NCBI GenBank assembly: GCA_963704655.1
Contig: OY969927.1
Span: 384,001 to 448,000, forward strand
DNA: 64,000 bases
Direction: 5' to 3'
Source of the DNA: an uncultured Candidatus Babeliaceae bacterium
GTDB taxonomy: Bacteria > Babelota > Babeliae > Babelales > Babelaceae
Shown here: in pieces, positions 57,454 through 64,000 of the stretch
Layout: every line of letters starts with the position of its first letter
Position numbering within the stretch: position 1 is the first letter of the stretch
Notes under the pieces: model-generated
Database searches by the model: none
Told to the model about the DNA's origin: nothing
What the model saw: only the letters and a program-made list of their open reading frames with translations
Translations under genes and position numbers: made by a program

Positions 57454-58829
57454 TACGAATTCTTTTGTAAAACGTCTACTAAATTATTGAGGGCAATACC
57501 GCGAGAAGCCTTTACCAGAATGGCCGTATCCGGTTCCATTGCTAATGCTGTAAGCGGGGCAACTGCCTCTTTCCATGTAGGTACTAGTATACACGATAAT
57601 CCTAAAGGTGCAGTTTTTTGTATATTACTCACCTGGTTACCGACCAAAATAAGATGCGTTAACGAAGGAACTTTTTTCAAAAAGCGGCCGATTTGGCGGT
57701 GCCAAAAGCTGCTCACATCACCAAGCTCTAACATATCACCAAGAACGGCGATCTTATGTTTAGCTCTGGTTTTTTCAAAGGCTAATAATGCAGCCTTCAT
57801 GCTCTCTGGACTTGCGTTATAGGCATCATGAATGATAACGCCCCTATTACCCGGTAATAGTTTTTTTTCATAACGGCCAGCAACAACTAATGGCTTTTGA
57901 ACCGTATCAACAATAACCTGGTGAGGAATGCCTACTATATGAGCCGCTGCTGTTGCTGCAAGCATACAGTTTAAAAAGCCCATATTGGTTGTGGGAACCG
58001 TAAGATTATACTTTTGGTTATATATTTTAATGGTACACGTAATATGGTCATGATATACCACCACTTTACGAAGTTGTACCTGATGTGACATCTTTTTACC
58101 AAACTTAATAATCGGGTGGTTATAAGCAACATGCGTAAGCGCCGTTTGATCACCCTGAATAATGCCAATAGAGCTTTCGGTAAAATAAGAAAAAATTTCA
58201 CGCTTTTCAGCTGCGATATCGGCACATGAGCCAAGGCCAAGCATATGGCTATGGCCAATATAAGTGATTATCCCCAATGTCGGCCGCACGATATCTGCCA
58301 TGCGTGCCATTTCACCCTTTTTGCTAATGCCCATTTCAAAGATAGCAACATCGTCATCTTTGCGCAGGCGCCACAAATTTAATGTGATACCCAAAGCGGT
58401 ATTTTGGTTACCCTGAGAGATAAGAACATGCTTACCTGAAGCTTTTACAATCTCACCCAGGAGTTGCTTGGTTGATGTTTTCCCCACAGAGCCTGTTATG
58501 CCTACAACGGGTATGGTTATCTGTTTGCGCCATGCTTGCGCAACGGCAATAACTGCGTCTAAAACTTTTTTTACAATAATTAATGTAATTGCAGGATCGA
58601 TAACGACACCAGCGGGTATACGTTCAGCGATTATGCCTCGCGCTCCGCGTATTAACGCGTCTTGAATAAAATCATGGCCATCATGATGTTGGCCCTTAAG
58701 TGCTAGAAAAATATCGCCCGGCATAACTGCGCGTGAATCGACTACGAGATTAGGATGTTCTGGTAAATCGGGACCATACCATTGTGCATCTGGCACAACT
58801 GAAATAAAAAAACTTTTTTGTATATACAT
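57453..58829 (-). CDS. murF: UDP-MurNAc-tripeptide--D-Ala-D-Ala ligase
   Basis: DSR, DGHDF, GITGSVGKTSTK, DAYNASPESM, LGDMLELG, VKASRG. Confidence 0.96.
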   Translation of the reverse strand: MYIQKSFFISVVPDAQWYGPDLPEHPNLVVDSRAVMPGDIFLALKGQHHDGHDFIQDALIRGARGIIAERIPAGVVIDPAITLIIVKKVLDAVIAVAQAWRKQITIPVVGITGSVGKTSTKQLLGEIVKASGKHVLISQGNQNTALGITLNLWRLRKDDDVAIFEMGISKKGEMARMADIVRPTLGIITYIGHSHMLGLGSCADIAAEKREIFSYFTESSIGIIQGDQTALTHVAYNHPIIKFGKKMSHQVQLRKVVVYHDHITCTIKIYNQKYNLTVPTTNMGFLNCMLAATAAAHIVGIPHQVIVDTVQKPLVVAGRYEKKLLPGNRGVIIHDAYNASPESMKAALLAFEKTRAKHKIAVLGDMLELGDVSSFWHRQIGRFLKKVPSLTHLILVGNQVSNIQKTAPLGLSCILVPTWKEAVAPLTALAMEPDTAILVKASRGIALNNLVDVLQKNS

Positions 58830-58873
58830 ACTTTTTTATGCCTTGATGTGATTATTTTTTAGTGTACTTATAA

Positions 58874-60790
58874 TTAATGTAAAACTTTTCGCATTTTTCC
58901 GCCATCAGATGGTAAAATAATACCACGAGATTCAAGCGTGTCTATCATGCGCGCAGAACGGTTATACCCAATTCTAAATTTTCTTTGCAAAAGTGATATT
59001 GAAATTTCATCACACTGACGAACATAGTCTACAATTTCTTCAAACATTTGCCTATCTGCTTCGTCAATATCGCCATCTTTTTCTTGTGCAACTTCAGTTA
59101 TTGTTTCATAGATCGGTTCACCATATTTTTTTATCTGCGCAACAACACTGGCAATTTCAGCGTCACTGATATACGCACCATGTATTCTATTAAGACCGCC
59201 CTGGTTATCTAAAAAGAGCATGTCCCCTTTGCCCAATAACTTATCTGCGCCCATGGTATCGATAATAGTACGCGAATCGATTTTAGAGGTAACTTTAAAA
59301 GCAATACGTGCAGGAAAGTTAACTTTAATAAGTCCGGTAATAACATCAACTGACGGCCGCTGTGTTGCTAATATAATATGTATGCCGGCAGCGCGTGCCA
59401 TTTGCGCAAGCCGCACAATAAGCTCTTCAACCTCTTTGCCCGTAGTGATCATCAAATCTGCAAATTCATCGATCACAATAACAATGGGCGGCATATCATG
59501 ATAAATGGCATGATATTCTTTTGCCTGGCGCACCCCAACTTTTGACATGCGTTCATACCGCTCGTTCATAGTTTTAATCGCCCAACGCAATACGGCAACG
59601 GCACGTTCCGGTTCTGTAACAATGGGAAACAGTAAATGTGGTAAATCGGCATACACGGCAAACTCTAATTTTTTTGGATCGATTAAAATCAGTTTAAGCT
59701 CTTCCGGTTTACTATGGCATATTAAACTTATTAACATCGTATTAAGCGCAACAGATTTTCCTGAACCGGTTGACCCTGCAACAAGTAAATGCGGCATATA
59801 CAAAAGATCCACAACCACAGTGGCACCGATAGTATTTTGCCCCAGCATAAGCGGCAGGTGCCCTTTAAACTTTTTTAAACTTGGTTCATACAGCGAACTA
59901 AAATAAACGGCAGTTCTTTCTGAATGGGCGACCTCAAAACCAACAACCGATTTGCCGGGAATCGGCGCAATAATACGCAAGCTTATTGCCTGCAACGCTA
60001 AAGCAAGATCATCTTCTCGCGCAATAATTTTACTAATTTTTGTCTCGATATGTGGCTGATATTCATATAATATTACAAGTGGCCCTACCGTAATTGAAGT
60101 GACCGTACCCTTAATATTAAAACGTAATAACTTCTCTTCAAGAATATGTGCTTTGCTTTGTGCATGCTGTGCGTTTTTATCATTTTGTTGCTGGTCAACT
60201 GTCGGTTTTGCAAGTTCTGGAAAAGGGTATGGAATTGCATCTTCTTCTAGTTCTACTTTTACCCGTTTTGGTTTTGTTTTTACAATAAGTTCTTCAATTT
60301 CATCTTCAGCATGTTCTTGTTCTAATTCAGGCTGGATCTCATGTGCTGCCTGATACATCTGCGGCTCGCCTAAAACAACTTCTTGCGATTTAAAGAGTTG
60401 CATAAGATAGTTCACCCAACTATACCCAACCAGTAACAAAACACCCACAGTTAACAAGATCCAACAAACGCACCATATAAGAACAGGCGGCAGTATATAC
60501 GCAAGTAATGCATATAAACCCTCACCCAGCAACCCGCCAGAATATAACGGGTTTATGTCATATGCGCCTGCGTGCATCAAGATACTATAACCAAGCGCGA
60601 TACAGACAAAGCCCCATGCAGGTGCAAAGAAATCATAGTGCAAGCTGATGCTTTTTCTTATAAAAACATGCGCAACAAAACATGCACACGCTGCTAACAA
60701 TAGCCAAAATGCGCCACCGAAAATTTGATAAAATATCTGCATCATACGATTTAACCCCATCTGTATATAGTTGTTATAGAGAGTAACCAA
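58874..60790 (-). CDS. ftsK: DNA translocase FtsK/SpoIIIE
   Basis: PIPGKS, PHLLVAGSTGSGKS, IDEFADL, ATQRPSVDVITG, gamma domain SISLLQRKFRIGYNR; start uncertain. Confidence 0.97.
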   Translation of the reverse strand: MVTLYNNYIQMGLNRMMQIFYQIFGGAFWLLLAACACFVAHVFIRKSISLHYDFFAPAWGFVCIALGYSILMHAGAYDINPLYSGGLLGEGLYALLAYILPPVLIWCVCWILLTVGVLLLVGYSWVNYLMQLFKSQEVVLGEPQMYQAAHEIQPELEQEHAEDEIEELIVKTKPKRVKVELEEDAIPYPFPELAKPTVDQQQNDKNAQHAQSKAHILEEKLLRFNIKGTVTSITVGPLVILYEYQPHIETKISKIIAREDDLALALQAISLRIIAPIPGKSVVGFEVAHSERTAVYFSSLYEPSLKKFKGHLPLMLGQNTIGATVVVDLLYMPHLLVAGSTGSGKSVALNTMLISLICHSKPEELKLILIDPKKLEFAVYADLPHLLFPIVTEPERAVAVLRWAIKTMNERYERMSKVGVRQAKEYHAIYHDMPPIVIVIDEFADLMITTGKEVEELIVRLAQMARAAGIHIILATQRPSVDVITGLIKVNFPARIAFKVTSKIDSRTIIDTMGADKLLGKGDMLFLDNQGGLNRIHGAYISDAEIASVVAQIKKYGEPIYETITEVAQEKDGDIDEADRQMFEEIVDYVRQCDEISISLLQRKFRIGYNRSARMIDTLESRGIILPSDGGKMRKVLH

Positions 60791-60852
60791 AACCGCTATA
60801 ATTTCTCAAGAATTTAGTCATACTAGGTACAAAACAGTACGCAAGGAATGAA

Positions 60853-61827
60853 ATGGAAAAAATATCTACACTATTTTCGCCACATCTTATGATGATGCTA
60901 CTCATATGCATAAACTATAATGCTCATACCCAAGCAATGGCAGATGCAACAGATAAATATGCACTTTTTATGGTAGATGATCAGATTAATAGAGAAAAAA
61001 CACTTTCAACACTCTATCCACATGAAGTTCTTGAATTGTATAAGAAATTTGAAAACGACCGGGTAAAGATCACCTATGATAAAAAAGATAAAAAATACCA
61101 GATAATCTTTGATGGCAAAGTGAGTACTTCCAAACGAGTAACGCTGAACCCAGATGCAACATTACTTGCTTATGAGTATAAAGATGACCGCTGGAATTAC
61201 CCTGCAATAACATTACTAGGATTACTAACAAAAAAGCGTAAATCGTATCACAACTTATTTGATAACAATCTTGAAGCCATTCGTTTTTCACCAGATGGAA
61301 AGTTTCTTGGCCTTGTTTCACCTACGCAAGTTTCAATCTTAGAGATAGATAATGAAAAAAATTCGAAATTAAAATTTAACCTATTCAGTAACAATGCAGT
61401 TGGAAAGTTATATTTTTTTGATATACAATTTGACCAAAATAGTACTCAAGCAGCAGTTGCCACACCTGACAAAACGGTTATTTTTGATGTTAAAAATTAC
61501 ATAGGTAAACGAAGATATATAGAAACATTAGATTCCATAGATACAAGAATTTATCCGCTGCTTGCCTTTAGTTCAGATAACGGTAAAAGTATAATTACTA
61601 ATACCGAAACGTTCTTGATTGTTGACCATGCACATGCTGATTTTAAATATAGTTCAATACGCGATATATTACGTTCTTTAGAAAGGCCCATAGATTTGCA
61701 GTATATTTTTGCAACGGCTACCCCTTTTGAATTTCTAGGAGTAAGAAAATCTATAGATGAGCAGCCTGAAGAATTTGTATACCTAACTGTAAGCACAATA
61801 GATGATCCATTGCTTCTACCAGATTAG
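60853..61827 (+). CDS. Secreted degenerate beta-propeller protein
   Basis: AAGGA RBS, signal peptide, LNPDA/FSPDG/FDQNS/FSSDN blades. Confidence 0.75.
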   Translation: MEKISTLFSPHLMMMLLICINYNAHTQAMADATDKYALFMVDDQINREKTLSTLYPHEVLELYKKFENDRVKITYDKKDKKYQIIFDGKVSTSKRVTLNPDATLLAYEYKDDRWNYPAITLLGLLTKKRKSYHNLFDNNLEAIRFSPDGKFLGLVSPTQVSILEIDNEKNSKLKFNLFSNNAVGKLYFFDIQFDQNSTQAAVATPDKTVIFDVKNYIGKRRYIETLDSIDTRIYPLLAFSSDNGKSIITNTETFLIVDHAHADFKYSSIRDILRSLERPIDLQYIFATATPFEFLGVRKSIDEQPEEFVYLTVSTIDDPLLLPD

Positions 61828-61850
61828 ACGTATATCAAATTTAATAAAGA

Positions 61851-63335
61851 CTATACGCATATTTTTTTATCAATCTTATATAGTGAAATCATAGCTTTAA
61901 TAAGATATTCTGGCATGTCTTTAAAAAGCTCTTTAATATCAACATCTTCATCAAGATAACCATTAAGATATCTTTTATCAATTATTTTTCCAGCACGTTC
62001 TGCAGCTAGCTGTTCAAAGACAGTAAATAAGCAACGTTGTTTAAGAGATAAAAAATTATTTTTTTTATAATACGCTACTATTAATGCTGCAAAGTTGAAT
62101 ATGCTTACCTTAAAATCTTGAGTATCCTGAGAGTCTTTTGGTAAAATGACAAGTTGATTATTTTCCCCATTGGTAAATGAAATAAATTTTTTAGCCTCAA
62201 CAAAAGGGATTTCGAAAATTTTTCTTGCCGTTGAAATATCAAAACCTTGTATCCCATTAGTAACACATACATGAAAAACATACGAATTATCGCGGCTTAG
62301 ATCTACATAATAATCCCCATTTTTCTTTCCTAACGGAAACATTTTTTTCACTTTACTCGTTTGAGTCTCAACTAATAGAGCGAACGGCATACGCGGCACA
62401 AGAAAAAATTTACCATCAGGAGAAAAAAGTCTATCCCCTGAATAACGTGCTTGCTCAATCATTTCTAAATCGTGCACTAGTGTCCTATTTTCAATATTCC
62501 ATAATCGAAAAAAATCTAAGCCATTAGGATCTAAACCAAGCGAAATCAAATATTTTCCACAAGAACTAAATTCGATCTGTGAGGTGCACGTGTCAGGCTT
62601 ATCTACAAAAAGCATATCAGATCTGTCTTTAGATCGTTCTAAAGTGCATACCAGATTTTTCGTTATAGTATCATATATAAAAATTTTTCTTTCACCTGAG
62701 TAAGTAAGTGCAAAGCGAAACCCTTTTGGGCTATACTGCGCACAATTAATAATCCGACTAATTTCATCTTTCTTGCGCTTAACAAAAGGCAATTGTTTAC
62801 CAGACCATTGATCAAAAAAACCACTTGTATCTGGATGATGAGACCTCGGAATATCTGAACCAATTTCATGAGATGTAGGTGAAATAAAAACCTCAGATTT
62901 AGTTGGATGAAAAGCGATTATTTGGGGAACACATCCCCAATAATATGGGTTTATCATCTTTTCATAAAGTATTTCATGAGATCTTGTATTTACACAATGA
63001 ATTTGATCAACACCAGACTTCCTAGTTGATATATATAATAAAGAACCCGTTGGATTTAATACTATATCTTCTATATCAAAGCGTTCTTTACCGTTAAACT
63101 TCAAAAATCCTTCAGTTGGTGTCAAACGCTTTCCCGTATCACTATCAAACCTCCACACCTCATTGTGAGCAGCAACAATGTGCTCTTGAGCATTTTTAAC
63201 CGCTAGTATTTTTTTTATTGAGCTTGCATCAAAAGTATATAAGGGCTTAGTATCTAAATTATTTAAAGAATAGCTGTTTTGTATACAAGCAAAACCACCT
63301 AACAAAAAATTAAAAAAATATTTAAGCATTTTCAT
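61851..63335 (-). CDS. Secreted degenerate WD40 protein with C-terminal BC-box-like module
   Basis: Signal peptide from ATG 63335; LNPTG/FHPT/YSPKG/FSSCG/FSPDG blades; SLKQRCLFTV. Confidence 0.8.
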   Translation of the reverse strand: MKMLKYFFNFLLGGFACIQNSYSLNNLDTKPLYTFDASSIKKILAVKNAQEHIVAAHNEVWRFDSDTGKRLTPTEGFLKFNGKERFDIEDIVLNPTGSLLYISTRKSGVDQIHCVNTRSHEILYEKMINPYYWGCVPQIIAFHPTKSEVFISPTSHEIGSDIPRSHHPDTSGFFDQWSGKQLPFVKRKKDEISRIINCAQYSPKGFRFALTYSGERKIFIYDTITKNLVCTLERSKDRSDMLFVDKPDTCTSQIEFSSCGKYLISLGLDPNGLDFFRLWNIENRTLVHDLEMIEQARYSGDRLFSPDGKFFLVPRMPFALLVETQTSKVKKMFPLGKKNGDYYVDLSRDNSYVFHVCVTNGIQGFDISTARKIFEIPFVEAKKFISFTNGENNQLVILPKDSQDTQDFKVSIFNFAALIVAYYKKNNFLSLKQRCLFTVFEQLAAERAGKIIDKRYLNGYLDEDVDIKELFKDMPEYLIKAMISLYKIDKKICV

Positions 63336-63488
63336 TTTTCCACCCACCATTAAAATACCCTTTTCAGTACCATTTTGGCTATGTTTATTTTTTTTTATCT
63401 GCATACTCTCACAAAACACTGTACGCATAATTTTTTTTATTCTATCTTATGACGCATAAGCGCATCATGCGTATCATAAGGAGAGCTC

Positions 63489-64000
63489 ATGAAAGTAACA
63501 TGTACGTACCACGTAATATTAGTATTGTTAGCAACTATCTGCACAAGCTTACATGCCGTAAAAACAGTTTATATTCCACGTTCACAGGGCCATGCACCGT
63601 CAATGATCTGCATGCCGGCCTACGAGCTTACGGTAATCACCACATTAAATTATGCGCAATCATATAAAGGCAAAAATATTGCGCGTGATCTTTTTGGCAG
63701 CGATTGCCTGACTATTTCAGGCAGCCAAGTCGCAAACCGTGGGACAAAAGATCTTTTAGCAGACAACTTTGGCTTAGCACCAGATTTTCAAAGCACACTC
63801 ACTTTTGATCCAAAAATCGAAAATGTTCTTCTAGCATTTTATTTTAATAAACCACTTGATCAAGTTCTTCCAGGATTATATGTTAACTTTATGCTCCCGG
63901 TAAATTATACACGATGGGCGTTAAACCCCTGTGAAAATGTTATTAACCGCGGTTCGCCAGTTTTCCAAAATGGATATATGGGCGATACACTGGTTACCTT
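63489..64000 (+). CDS. Secreted/outer-membrane protein (3'-truncated by window edge)
   Basis: AAGGAG RBS, ATG 63489; open to the window end: MKVTCTYHVILVLLATICTSLHA|VKTVYIPRSQG...LLADNFGL... Confidence 0.8.
   Translation, partial: MKVTCTYHVILVLLATICTSLHAVKTVYIPRSQGHAPSMICMPAYELTVITTLNYAQSYKGKNIARDLFGSDCLTISGSQVANRGTKDLLADNFGLAPDFQSTLTFDPKIENVLLAFYFNKPLDQVLPGLYVNFMLPVNYTRWALNPCENVINRGSPVFQNGYMGDTLVT

Noticed and set aside
63449-63667. 72-aa ORF in the track
   Set aside because: The overlapping frame from ATG 63489 has an AAGGAG RBS, a signal peptide and stays open to the window end
1-64000. CRISPR array or rRNA
   Set aside because: Palindromic repeats are dispersed rather than regularly spaced; no cas genes or rRNA-like sequence seen

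Overview
AT-rich bacterial chromosomal segment. Its gene content (many signal-peptide-bearing WD40, ankyrin and YVTN repeat proteins, a eukaryote-like phospholipase, a chlamydial-plasmid-type recombinase, compact housekeeping operons) suggests an intracellular parasite of protists, most likely Ca. Dependentiae (TM6/Babelota); this placement is an inference. Housekeeping genes: proS; carD-miaA-SPOR-ppiD-like-recA-infC-rpmI-rplT-zapB-zapA-rny-ymdB; dnaK, ychF, hspR-htpX, alr, maf, hss; ftsK-murF-rsmH-spoVG-tRNA-Gln. Main points of interest: (1) a Pgp8-like tyrosine recombinase followed by seven tandem secreted WD40 genes with a shared signal peptide, blade-level DNA mosaicism, hypervariable binding-face residues and different eukaryote-like C-terminal modules (coiled coil, C2H2 finger plus basic tail, SOCS/BC-box-like, J-domain); (2) an 81-bp palindromic REP doublet inserted in frame in homospermidine synthase; (3) rny split by a -1 frameshift at an A_AAA_AAG heptamer; (4) HspR plus a HAIR-like operator at a consensus sigma70 dnaK promoter; (5) an unannotated 47-aa secreted peptide with two CxxGxCGK motifs beside a larger Cys-rich protein; (6) an integrase-less island at tRNA-Gln bounded by 113-bp direct repeats with an inverted hairpin loop. 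No CRISPR array or rRNA was seen. All family assignments come from motif recognition by eye, not database searches.
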